From Octopus bimaculoides (taxonomy: Eukaryota): a DNA stretch of 64,000 bases. The notes below the pieces were generated by a model, which did not search any database, was not told where the DNA came from, and saw only the letters and a program-made list of their open reading frames with translations. The translations under genes were made by a program, and so were the position numbers. Of this stretch, positions 12,480 to 24,000 are shown in pieces. Each line of letters starts with the position of its first letter. The first letter of the stretch is position 1. The stretch is from positions 14,382,041-14,446,040 of the forward strand of contig NC_069004.1 of assembly GCF_001194135.2 (NCBI RefSeq), given 5' to 3'.

Positions 12480-12848
12480 AGGCGCAGAAGTGGCTGTGTG
12501 GTAAGTAACTTGCTAACCGACCACATGGTTCCGGGTTCAGTCCCACTGTGTGGCACCTTGGTCAAGTGTCTTCTTCTATAGCCTCAGGCCAACCAAAACC
12601 TTGTGAGTGAATTTGGTAGACGGAACCTGAAAGAAGCCTGTCGTATATATTTGAGTGTGTATGTTTGTTTGTGTGTCTGTGTTTGTCCCCCCCACCATCG
12701 CTTGAAAACCAATGCTGGTGTGTTTACTTGCAGTTTGGCAAAAGAGACCACTAGGAGAGGTACTGGGCTTACAAAGAATAAGTCCTGGGGTAGATTTGGT
12801 GGTGCTCCAGCTTGGCCACAGTCAAATGAGTGAAACAAAATAAAAGAA
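12480..12848 (+). mobile_element. tRNA-derived SINE family B, full length
   Basis: Head ggcgcagaagtggctgtgtggtaag, B-box-like gggttcagtccc, internal TA/TG tract, 3' taaaagaata tail. Confidence 0.9.
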
Positions 12849-12969
12849 TAGTCTGTGTACGTTCAATATTGTTTTTTATATTTGTGCAAATTTGTGTTCT
12901 TACGTAAACATTTACATGTATTTTTGTATATGTATTTCTGCTTTGGTGTATGTGATTGTATATGTACAA

Positions 12970-13160
12970 TATTGGGTTCAAACTCTGGCACAGGACCAGC
13001 AAGTTTGGGGGAGGTGGTAAGTCAATTACATCGACCCCAAAAACGATGAGACGCAAAGTCAACTTCGGCGAAATTTGAACTCAGAATATAAAGAGAGACA
13101 AAATGTCACTGAGCATTTTGGCCAAAATGCCAACAATTCTGCCCATTCAACACCCTGCAT
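12970..13160 (-). mobile_element. SINE family A
   Basis: caaagtcaacttcggcgaaatttgaactcagaa..agcattttggcc. Confidence 0.8.
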
Positions 13161-13529
13161 GTGTATAATATTATCTGTAATTTTGATAGCTGTCTGCTTG
13201 AAAGTTTACATCATGTATCCATGTCAATTCTATATTCTGCCTCCCGTTAATACAAGCCTTATTTAATACACATTTTCAATATTTCCAGTAGTCACCTTTA
13301 GTTGCAATTTTGACCATTAAACCATTGTGTGTGTGCATACAAATGTGTGTGTGTGTGTTTCTGTGTGTATGTGCGTGTGTGTGTGTGAGTGTATAAATGC
13401 ATGCATGTTCTTGAGTGAAGTTTTGTATGCATGTGTATGTTGTGTGTGTGTATGTGTTGTTGTATTTGTATGCACACTTGTGAGTTTGTGTTTTACTTAG
13501 ACATATATAAGCATATATACTTACAGACA

Positions 13530-13919
13530 CACATGTATGTGGATGCATACATGTGTATCTGTATGTGTATGTTTATAACATGTATGTGTATGCCATGTGA
13601 ATATATGAATGTGTATATGCAAATTTATGTCTTTATATATATATGTAGATATGTGTGTGTGGTGTGTGTGTGTGTGTGTGTGTGTGTGAGTGGGTACATA
13701 TGATTTTTCTTTCTTTTCTTCTTTCCTTCTTGCCATACATTGTAAATTAGCTCTCCCTCAAACTTAGTTGTCAATGAGATATAGGTGAAACAGGATGTTT
13801 TTGTCAGACAAACAGTTATGGATTTGAGAGTTTTATTCTCAGAATTATCTTTGAACACTTTATTCTAAGTAGCCAGGAAAAAGCTTCTTTTTGAAGTTGT
13901 CACTCCCTGGAATATATAT

Positions 13920-13958
<39 letters not shown>

Positions 13959-14210
13959 GAACAAATAGTGAAGGATTATCAATCTGGGCAAAATACTTCA
14001 TAAGCTCTCTGTTGGCACACCAGGCTAACAATATTACTTAGATTAAGTGAAGAACTTCAGTTAATCCTGTGGTAGCATCCACGTTTATGGTTCATTACAA
14101 TTTTATATTATAAATCCATGGATTTAAACACAATATAACCAGAAATGGCTCTGATGACAAAAGTAGCATTAATTTTCTTAACTCATTCAATTTTCCTCAA
14201 CTGAGTAAAC
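13530..14210 (+). repeat. Left arm of a large inverted duplication
   Basis: Reverse complement of 15812-16750, including unique sequence and embedded microsatellites. Confidence 0.9.
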
Positions 14211-14330
14211 TTATCAGTAATGCACCTATAATGACTAGTGGAAACAGCTGTAAGCCAAATTTGCTCTAATAAAGGAAAAATATGTAATGACCATCATTTT
14301 TAACTTGTTTCTTATACATAAATATATACA

Positions 14331-14640
14331 TACAGTGTACCCCCTCTTATTCACAGTTCAGTATTTGCGATATCACTTATTCGCAGAACTAATAATTGTT
14401 TGCAAAAACCATAGCACATTTGCGGAATCGTAAATATTGCCCACGATTTTTCATGGCTTTTTCGTGGCAATATACATTTTCTCACACTTTTTAAGGCTAA
14501 ATTATTAATAACAATATACTCTATTTGCCGGCTCACTAGACGCCCCTTCTCAGTTGACGTTCCCTCTGATTAGAATAGGTGTGCATCACGTCGCTTGGTT
14601 GTTTTAGATACAAGTACACTGTATCTTGTATCTCTTATTC
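14331..14640 (+). mobile_element. Tigger/pogo-like DNA transposon, 5' end
   Basis: TA-CAGTGTACCCCTCTTATTCAC..TTGCG resembles the pogo/Tigger TIR. Confidence 0.55.
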
Positions 14641-14757
14641 CTGCTTTCAATCAAGGCTTGCTAATTAGTATAGCGACATCTATACACACATACACACTCT
14701 CTCTCTCCCTCTCTAACTGTATTTGTCTCTCAACAACAAGCTCTCATTGTAGTGAGA

Positions 14758-14803
<46 letters not shown>

Positions 14804-15079
14804 NNNNNNNNNNNNNNNNNNNNNNNNNNNNNNNNNNNNNNNNNNNNNNNNNNNNNNNNNNNNNNNNNNNNNNNNNNNNNNNNNNNNNNNNNNNNNNNNN
14901 NNNNNNNNNNNNNNNNNNNNNNNNNNNNNNNNNNNNNNNNNNNNNNNNNNNNNNNNNNNNNNNNNNNNNNNNNNNNNNNNNNNNNNNNNNNNNNNNNNNN
15001 NNNNNNNNNNNNNNNNNNNNNNNNNNNNNNNNNNNNNNNNNNNNNNNNNNNNNNNNNNNNNNNNNNNNNNNNNNNNNNN

Positions 15080-15433
15080 TATATATCGTTACCAGCATTG
15101 CCTTCTAGCACTTGTGCTGGTGGCATGTTAGAAAATCATTCGAGCGAGGTCGTTGCCAGTGCCCCTGGACTGGCTCCCGTGCAGGTGGCATGTAAAAAAC
15201 ACCTTTTTGAGCATGGCCATTGCCAGTACCGTGTGACTGGCCCTCGTGCTGGTGGCACGTAATAGCACCCACTACACTCTTGGAGTGGTTGGCGTTAGGA
15301 AGGGCATCCAGCTGTAGAAACTCTGCCAGATCAGATTGGAGCCTGGTGCAGCCTTCTGGCTTGCCAGTCCTCAGTCAAATCGTCCAGCCCATGCTAGCAT
15401 TGAAAGCAGACGTTAAACGATGATGATGATGAT
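15080..15433 (+). mobile_element. Family C repeat: RTE-LINE 3'UTR or RTE-dependent SINE tail
   Basis: gagtggttggcgttaggaagggcatccagctgtagaaac..gcatggaaagcggacgttaaacgatgatgatg. The same tail follows the RTE ORF at 27505-28212. Confidence 0.9.
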
Positions 15434-15520
15434 ATATATATATACAGTGTATCGCACAAGTATCACTTGGGCTAGTGATGACAAATCAAAGATATATACA
15501 ACACAAGACTGTTGATTTTG

Positions 15521-15711
15521 AGTCTAGGACATTTACCTCCCATGGACAATAACCCCCACAAGGACAATTACCCCTGAGGACAACAGAGGATGATTTAAAA
15601 CTTCTTAATATATTGGAGAGGGGGTAATTAACCAAGGCGGGGTGATTGTCCTAGGGGCTAGTTGTGATCAGGGGGGGATTGTCCTGGCGGTGGGGGTAAT
15701 TGTCCTGATAC
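15521..15711. mobile_element. MITE with subterminal ggacaattacccc repeats
   Basis: Several ggacaattacccc motifs on the left, ggggtaattgtcc on the right; imperfect TIR. Confidence 0.7.
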
Positions 15712-15811
15712 AGTCAATTTTATACTAGTGCTTTTTTTAAAATCATCGCTACATTTGATCATACACAATGTTTATTTCAACAGGATAATTTTTAAGGTCA
15801 TGAGCCAATAT

Positions 15812-16601
15812 AGTTTACTCAATTGGTCTATTGATCAATTGGAGAAAATTGAATGACCTTAGAAAATTAATGTTACTTTCATCATCAGAACCATTTCTGG
15901 TTATATTGTGTTTAAATCCATGGATTTATAATATAGAATTGTAATGAACCATAAACTTGGACGCTACCGCAGGATTAAATGAATTTCTTCACTTAATCTA
16001 AGTAATATTGTTAGCCTGGTGTGCCAACAGAGAGCTTATGAATTATTTTGCCCAGATTGATAACCCCTCACTATTTGTTCTATATATGTATGTGTGTATA
16101 TATATATNNNNNNNNNNNNNNNNNNNNNNNNNNNNNNNNNNNNNNNNNNNNNNNNNNNNNNNNNNNNNNNNNNNNNNNNNNNNNNNNNNNNNNNNNNNNN
16201 NNNNNNNNNNNNNNNNNNNNNNNNNNNNNNNNNNNNNNNNNNNNNNNNNNNNNNNNNNNNNNNNNNNNNNNNNNNNNNNNNNNNNNNNNNNNNNNNNNNN
16301 NNNNNNNNNNNNNNNNNNNNNNNNNNNNNNNNNNNNNNNNNNNNNNNNNNNNNNNNNNNNNNNNNNNNNNNNNNNNTTCCAGGGAGTGACAACTTCAAAA
16401 GAAGCCTTTCCTGGCTACTTAGAATAAAATGTTCGAAGATAATTCTGAGAGTGAATAAAACTCTGAAATCCATAACTGTTCGTCTGACAAAAACATCCTG
16501 TTTCACTTTAGCTCATCGACAACTAAGAAACAAGTTTGAGGGAGAGCTAATTTACAATGTATGGCAAGAAGGACAAAAGAAAAGAAAGAAAAATCATATG
16601 T

Positions 16602-16650
<49 letters not shown>

Positions 16651-16750
16651 AAGACATGAATGTACATATACACATTTATATATTCACATGGTATATACAC
16701 ACATATTAGAAACACACACATACAGACACATGTATGCAACCACATGCACA
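15812..16750 (-). repeat. Right arm of the large inverted duplication (contains an N gap)
   Basis: Reverse complement of 13530-14210. Confidence 0.9.
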
Positions 16751-16804
16751 TAAACACAGATAAATAAATACATAGATACATAAATATATATATATATATA
16801 TATA

Positions 16805-16976
16805 TCATCATCATCATCGTTTAACGTCCGCCTTCCATGCTAGCATGGGTTGGACGATTTGACTGAGGAGTGGCGAACCAGAAGGCTGCACCAGGCTCCA
16901 ATCTGATCTGGCAATGTTTCTACAGTTGGATGCCCTTCCTAATGCCAACCACTCCGAGAGTGTAGTGGGTTCTTTT

Positions 16977-16978
<2 letters not shown>
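16805..16978 (-). mobile_element. Family C (RTE tail) copy
   Basis: catcatcatcgtttaacgtccg..ggatgcccttcctaatgccaacc. Confidence 0.9.
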
Positions 16979-17007
<29 letters not shown>

Positions 17008-17328
17008 TATACAGAGGGTGTTCCTAAATTAACTTTGCAACTTCCACAATTCATTGTATTGCATCATCTAGGTGTGTTGTACATAACCAATGGAGCCCAC
17101 ATGGAAGTGATGTGATGTTTCTAATAAAACTTAATTTCTTTGCCTGTTTTCCAATAAACTCTGCTAAGATATCCATATTTTTAATTCCTGCTCAATCTCC
17201 CATTGGTGATATGCACATATTAGAAGAAAGGAAGGTTTTGTAGGTTTTTTGGGGAAAAACTGTGTCCAGTAGCTATCTCGAGTATTTTTTTGAGTGTTGT
17301 GTATTTCACAGTGTGTTACTAAAGCCCT

Positions 17329-17717
17329 GGTGGAGGCACAATGGCCCTGTGGTTAGGGCAGCGGACTTGCGGTCATAGGATCGTGGTTTCGATTCCCAGA
17401 CCGGGCATTGTGAATGTTTATTGAGCGAAAACATCTAAAGCTCCATGAGGCTCCGGCAGGAGATGGTGGCGAACCCTGCTGTACTCTTCCACCACAACTT
17501 TCTCTCACTCTTACTTCCTGCTTCTGTTGTGCCTGTAATTCAAAGGGTCAGCCTTGTCACACTGTGTCACGCTGAATATCCCCAAGAACTACGTTAAGGG
17601 TACACGTGTCTGTGGAGTGCTCAGCCACTTGCACATTAATTTCAAGAGCAGGCTGTTCCGTTGATCGGATCAACTGGAACCCTCGACGTCGTAAGCGACG
17701 GAGTGCCAACAACAACA
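17329..17717 (+). mobile_element. tRNA-derived SINE family D, full length, 11-bp TSD
   Basis: Head ggaggcacaatggccctgtggttagg..gtttcgattccc. TSD ACTAAAGCCCT at 17318-17328 and 17718-17728. Confidence 0.92.
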
Positions 17718-17731
17718 ACTAAAGCCCTAAG

Positions 17732-18016
17732 ATGCTGCCCAAATTCCCTACACCTTCTAAGGCTTCTGGCAGTGAACCAAAGTGCCAGAAAAAGGTTATG
17801 ATGCTCCATGAGAATGCACAACTGCTGGATATGTTCCAGGGAGGTAAAAGTTATGCTACAGTAGGTCACTATTATGTTGTCAATGAAAGTACCATATGCT
17901 ACATAACGAAGAATGAGGCAGCGGTCAAGACTACCACAGCAGTAAGTTTCTGTGAAAGGGCCAAAAAGATAATGATAGTGAGAAACAAGCAGTTTGTCAG
18001 AATGGAATCTACCTGA
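17732..18016 (+). mobile_element. Tigger/pogo transposase N-terminal (CENP-B/psq HTH) pseudogene fragment
   Basis: PSKASGSEPKCQKKVMMLHE..LLDM..GKSYATVGHYYVVNESTICYITKNE..VRNKQFVRMES, typical of Tigger HTH domains. Confidence 0.85.
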
Positions 18017-18439
18017 ATTGTTATCTATAATCGTAAAAATTAAAAATGATTCAAATTCAATGTTTTCTTGAAGCAATAAATTTCTATAAAGATTGGGATT
18101 TAAATTCCAATCTATGAAAAGTTTTCATTCTACAATATTCTTAAAGGAATGAAAAATTATCCAGCAACTCGGGCTAATACGAACGAGCCTGGTAGGTGTA
18201 AAAGACTAACTGGCATCTCTTGTCAAAAATACAGGTGACAGTCAGATCACTGATGTTTGTTGTACACTCTGTTGTTGTTATTGGATTGCTGTTATTCTGT
18301 GCAAAGATCAGTTGTGTTTTGCAGGGTTGCTTTATTTTTACCCTTAACTTAGAAATAGAGAAAAACATAGTGCTAGATATAGAAGATAAGCCATTTGGGG
18401 CTAGAAAAAAAATGTGGAAAAGTGTGAAATTCTTTGAGC

Positions 18440-18613
18440 ATGTAAAAGCACCTACTACACTCTGAGTGGTTGACGTTAGGAAGGGCATCCAGCTGTAGAA
18501 ACTCTGCCAGATCAGATTGGAACCTGGTGCAGCCATCTGGTTCGCCAGTCCTCAGTCAAACCATCCAGTCCATGCCAGCATGGAAAGTGGACATTAAACG
18601 ATGATGATGATGA
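18440..18613 (+). mobile_element. Family C (RTE tail) copy
   Basis: Same tail sequence with a (GAT)n end. Confidence 0.9.
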
Positions 18614-18883
18614 TTTCATATATATATATATACAAATATATATATGCATAATCTATATTATATATAAGTATATAAATATATACATAAAGATAAATGTATC
18701 CATCAGTGCGTACACACCTACACGTGCACACACACACATATACACACATACATGCGCACACACATACATAAATAGGTATATATATATATTAGATATTTCA
18801 TATGTATACAAATATATATATGCATAATGTATATTATGTATAAATATATAAATATATCCATAAACATAAATGTATCCATCCAG

Positions 18884-18918
<35 letters not shown>

Positions 18919-19504
18919 CTCCCCCTCTCTCTCACACACATTTTGCTTGTACATCTACAAACTGAATCCGATCATTTATGTTTGTTACTTTCTTCTGTTC
19001 TTGTTGTTGCTGTTGTTGTTGTAGTTAATCTATGTTGACTGTTTCACCACTCCCTCTCTCTCTCTCTCTCCTTCCCTCCCTCCCTCCCTCCCTCTCTTCT
19101 TCCCTCCTTCCTTATAAAAGCATAAAACACACAACACAAAACAAAACTCCGCAAAGCTGTTTAACAAAATACATAAAAATCCAAAGCCACCTTTAATGTG
19201 GCAGTTTCATTACGCTTGATGATGTCTGACAACAGCGAAAATTCTTCATTTTTCATGAGGCAGCGATGAAGCTGTGTCAGGAGAGAAGTCTTACAATGTA
19301 TGGAATAATATCATTTTATTTAGTCCATTAAAAATGCTGGTATCAGTCGGAACATGGCGGAGAAGCTGGGATGTTGATGGCAATGATGATGATGACGGGG
19401 TGAGGAGAAATATAGGAGAGCAAAACAAGATAAGGTCTGATTGTAAACATTACTAACCTACTTGCTTGATGCGCACGTCTAGGGTGTAATTGTATAATAT
19501 TGTG

Positions 19505-19549
<45 letters not shown>

Positions 19550-19805
19550 TTTATCATCATCATTGTTGTCACTGTTGTCGTCGTCGTCATCATCATCATC
19601 ATTGCTATAATCATCGTCATTGTTGTCATCCTTATTATCATCATCATCATCATCATCATTAACAATCATCGATCATTGTCATCATCTTTGTAATTTCATC
19701 CGGATCATCATTGACATTGTTGCCAAGAACACCACCACCAACAACATTACCATCATATGTTGTCATTATCATCATCATCATCATCATCATTATCATCGTC
19801 ATCTA
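19505..19805. repeat. Degenerate (CAT)n tract
   Basis: Direct reading; source of the poly-D/I/H/M ORFs. Confidence 0.95.
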
Positions 19806-20529
19806 TTTGATATCCATTTCTCTGTTTTTTTCTTTTCTGACATGGATATTGCAGATGTTTGCATGCCACAGTGTCTCACCATTTGCTGCCACCCATCATA
19901 ATCATCATGATCGTGAAGTTAACCGTACTGAGATCACACTTCATTACTTTTATGTATGGCCTTCTCCTACCTAACTCTTTCTCACTCCCCCTCTCTCTCT
20001 CTCTCTCCCTCTCCCCACCTCTCACTCCCTCTCTCTCTCCCTCTCCCCACCTCTCACTCTCTCTCTCAGTTGCCTCTTCTTCACAACAACTGATTCCTCG
20101 GATACCCACTTTATTTCTTTCAGATCATTAGGGCTCAGTACAAACATGGTGACATTACACAACCAGTGGAGTGTTCTGGCCACATTTCTTTCCAAGTCCT
20201 ACTCATCTTTCAAAATCAGTACTCGTGCCTTGCTACCATGCAACAGTGCACATTGTTCACAAGCATAATATATCTGTACACTCCAGTGTCTACCTTGGTG
20301 GGATGTATAGTGATTTGCTTGTTTGCATGCAATAAGCAGTTATCTTTCTCTCTGTCTTCATATGTATGTATGTATTATGCATGCATGCATGCATGTATGT
20401 ATGTATATATGTAAATATAAAAAAGTCTTTAGAAAGAATTCTCAATACAGTTACAATATTTGAAGAAAGATATTTTAGATCAATAATCATTAATAATTAT
20501 TAATTTGTCCTAACATCATATGATGATTG

Positions 20530-20680
20530 GAAATGAGCAATGTAGGTGGCAGAGTTAACTCTAAGGCCTTGTGGAAAGAAGTAAGGAGGCATCACATGTC
20601 CTTCATTGCTGACAACCCCTAAAACCATGACAGTTGCAGGAAATTTTGTATGCAAAACACTTGGAACTTCAGAATATATT
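20530..20680 (-). mobile_element. Tc1/mariner (maT/DD37D-like) transposase fragment
   Basis: HTKFPATVMVLGVVSNEGHVMPPYFFPQGLRVNSATYI. Confidence 0.8.
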
Positions 20681-20790
20681 AGGTATATATTAAGCATAAA
20701 GTTTATATCCAGACCCATATCCAGTTAAAAGAAGAAAAGAAAATGGAGATAAGGAAGTTAACAATTATTTGTTATTAGCAAATTGGTCAT

Positions 20791-20897
20791 CTTCGCTTCT
20801 TACAACCGTTTCAATTAATACTCAATAATTTAATAACAAATTGTACATTAAACTTTCATTTATGTGACATGAGCATAATTTCATCAGAGAAAAAAAG
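20791..20897 (-). ncRNA. Type I hammerhead ribozyme with extended stem II (appears intact)
   Basis: ctttttttct-CTGATGA-aattatgctca...tgagtattaatt-GAAA-c ggtt g-TA-agaagcgaag. Stem I 9/10 bp, stem II about 11 bp plus extension, stem III 2 bp with GGUU loop, GUA cleavage site. Confidence 0.75.
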
Positions 20898-20951
20898 TCT
20901 GCTGAAATGAATTGATAGGTCCACATATAACATCCCAAGATACATCTTTTT

Positions 20952-21056
20952 TTTTTCCCTCTGATGAAATTATGTTCATGTCACATAAATACAAATTTAA
21001 TGTACAAATTTGTAATTAAATTATTGAGTATTGAAATGGCTGTAAGAAGCGAAGAC
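20952..21056 (+). ncRNA. Degenerate second hammerhead copy in the opposite arm
   Basis: ttccct-CTGATGA-aattatgttca...tgagtatt-GAAA-tggctg-TA-agaagcgaag. Core intact; stems I-III weakened. Confidence 0.55.
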
Positions 21057-21289
21057 GACCAATTTGTTAATAAAAAATAATCGTTAACTTCCTTATCTCC
21101 ATTATCTTTCTTTCTTTTAACTGTATATATATATATATATATATATACAAATCCATCAATCTTCTTCACTCATTATTTCTGTGAGGGTTGTTGGTCAGAG
21201 TTCTCAGGTACCTTCTCTACAGGTCCTACTGGAAGCAGTCATCATTATACTTTCTGGCTGGATTCCCAAGTGTGACCAACTATGATTTT

Positions 21290-21850
21290 TCTTCAAGAAA
21301 AGACAACACTGGAAAGTCTTATGGTTACACCCCACTTCTCCCTAACAGTAAAAATTTGTGTGGGCAAGATCTTCCTTAGCTTAGTGGATAAACGCTTACC
21401 TTGCAAGAATAAGTTCTGTAAAACTTTAAATAGACATACCTGAGGGTTTCTTTTAGCTGTGCACCTAATGTAAAAAAAGAAAAGATATTAGTAGATAGGT
21501 CTTTAGCCAGGATGGTCATGTAAAGGTAACACTACTAGTTCTCAATCATATACGAGGCATAAGTAATGTCAAAGAAAATCAACAGACAATCAAATACGTG
21601 AGAATATACAGGCATAACAGAAGGTTCCTTCAAGTCCAGAATCAACAATCATAAGTCCTCCTTTAATATCCAGTAGAGATGCAATGTCACAGCCCTGGCT
21701 AGATATATATAGCTGCTAAGAGAAAGAGTCACAGAATACAACATCAAATGGAAAATCTTAGAGAAGTGCAAACCTTATTTTAATTGCAGGGGAAAATGCA
21801 GACAATGTTTAGTTGAGAAAATAATTATATTTTAAAAAATGCTTGCACCT
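21290..21850 (+). mobile_element. Penelope-like element fragment (RT-endonuclease linker plus GIY-YIG)
   Basis: PHFSLTVKICVGKIFLSLVDK..LNRHT..VSFSCAPNV..EYTGITEGSFKSRINNHKSSFN..YNIKWKILEKCKPY..CRQCLVEKIII; frameshifted. Confidence 0.85.
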
Positions 21851-22484
21851 GGACATCTACCTAAACTGTAGGAATGGGATTTTTAGTCTGTGGTCACATG
21901 AGAGAAGGTATATATTATATAAGCCTCACCATGATTGTAGTCATTAGGTTTTCCAGTATTAGCCCTCCCACCTTCACATCCTGGGAATCCAGCAAAGTCT
22001 TTAACCAAACCATACATAAATGAATGCACATGTGCATATACACCCAAACATGGGGTTAATATTTCAATCTCCCCTTTAAAAAAAAACACTATAAATATAC
22101 CAACCCTTTTCTCATACAAACCACTTAACTTCTCTCTATACATATTTCCCTGTCTCCTAACTCTTCCGGCTTTACATCTAGCTTGGGCGATTGGAGGTTA
22201 AGGGACATAACTCTTGGTAAATCTCTTGCTCAGTTGTCATCTGTGACTTCATTTCGTCTTTTTTGCACAGCATCTACAAACCAGGTGTGAATTTTCTCAC
22301 CTCCAAAAACAGAGTGGTTGCCATATTTTTCAGACTTGCCATTTCTGAGGAGCACATACTGTTAGATAAACGCTGTGTTATCTAATACAGATTTGCTTAA
22401 TACCCAGTGTGAACCTGATTGGTAAGATCAGCTGAAATGGATCTATAATGCTGTATAATTTGGATAATGTACCCACTCTATAAA

Positions 22485-22700
22485 GGCAGTGAGCTGGCAG
22501 AAATGTTAGCACACCAGACATAATGCTTAGTGGCATTTCGTCTGTCTTTATGTTCCACTGAGATCGACTTTGCCTTTCATCCTTTCAGCGTTGATAAAAT
22601 AAGTACCAGTTGAGTACTGGGGTCGATGCAATCAACTTAGCATTCCCACCCACCCCAAAAAAAAATTGCTGGCCCTGTACCAAAATTTGAAATCAATGTA
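22485..22700 (+). mobile_element. SINE family A
   Basis: aggcagtgagctggcagaaatgttagcac..gcctttcatcctttcagcgttgataaaataagtacc. Confidence 0.85.
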
Positions 22701-23329
22701 CCTACTCTATTGGCGATTATATGAGTATCTGTTTTGTCTGATACATACATGTATGTGTGTGTGTGTGAGTGTACACATGTATTGTGTGTGTGTGTGTGTG
22801 TGTATGTGTGTATTTATACAACCCTCTATCTATCAATCTCTGTATCTAACTATGTATGTATGTGTAACATATATGGTGTGTTTACATTTAAAAATTCTTG
22901 CAGTAAAATCACTGACTAATCAAGTCTATGATAACAAGAGATACAATTAATTTATTGTTTGGTAAAGAATCTCTGGTACACTGGATTTGGGAAAAAAAAT
23001 TTGTTTATTTCTTTTGGCAGCAGAGAATAAAGAAATAATTGTTAACAATTGCATTTGATGTCGTACCAAGGTTAGTTTCGCTTCGAGAATGGTGTTTGTT
23101 GATTGAATTTATTTCGCAGTTATTGGTATTTTTTGACTGGTTTCAGTCTAATACCAGACCAAAGTACATTATGTGAAAAGGTATTTTGATCAGACTTCCA
23201 ACATATGTGTCAATCATTCCTCCGATTTAAAATACTGATGTATTTTAGCTGAGCATAAAATATCAATTTGTAGCAAAACAAGATTTGTCAGTTATTGAAT
23301 TCATTCCCGTTTAGTGTATTGCATATGTT

Positions 23330-24000
23330 TACCACACCACTATTTCACTACCCATACTACATCACTGTACATTAGTGTTCACTACACCATTGTATAATAG
23401 TGTTCATTACACCACTGTACTAAAATGTTCACTACCCACACTGCACCACAATAATGTTCACTGCTCACCACACTACATCACTATATTTCAATTTTCACTT
23501 TACCATTGTATAGTAACGTTTACTATACCATTGTACTAGAATGTTTACTACCCACACTACACCATATAGTGTTCACTGCTCTCTGTTTCACTACACACCA
23601 CTACCTCACTGTACTTTGATGTTCACTACACCACTGTAATAAAACGTTCATTATCCAAACTACATTATTATAATGTTCACTGCTCATTGTTTCGCTAATC
23701 ACATTACACCACTATACTACAATGTTCACTACACCATTAAACCACACCATTGTATAATAATGTTCACTACACTACTGTACTAAATGTTCACTACCCATAC
23801 TGCACTGCTGTAGTTTAATGTTCACTACACCATTGTATAATAATGCTCACTACACTATTGTACTAAAACGTTCTCCACCTACACTAACTTACACCACTAA
23901 ACTATAATGTTCACTACATATACCACTATAATGTTCACTACACAATTGTTTGATAATGTTTACTACATCACTTTTTTACTGCCAACACTGCATTACTATT
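23330..24000. repeat. Degenerate modular minisatellite (aatgttcactacaccattgtata-like units)
   Basis: More than 20 reshuffled copies of tgttcactacacca / actgtac motifs. Confidence 0.9.

Larger units (their letters stand above)
20722..21123. mobile_element. ~400-bp fold-back element with ~175-bp arms (Penelope pLTR-like), each arm carrying a hammerhead motif
   Basis: CAGTTAAAAG...CTTTTAACTG ends. Arms 20722-20897 and ~20946-21123 are inverted copies; followed by (TA)n. Confidence 0.9.

Noticed and set aside
13775-13900. IGETG resembling a GIY-YIG motif in the duplication arm
   Set aside because: Not present in the mirrored arm, and no other GIY-YIG residues.
19343-19974. Poly-D, poly-H and poly-I ORFs (also at 48792-49284)
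   Set aside because: (CAT)n microsatellite translations.
21860-22330. Possible L1/Tx1-like C-terminal remnant on the minus strand
   Set aside because: Only vague W/C/H spacing; too decayed to call.
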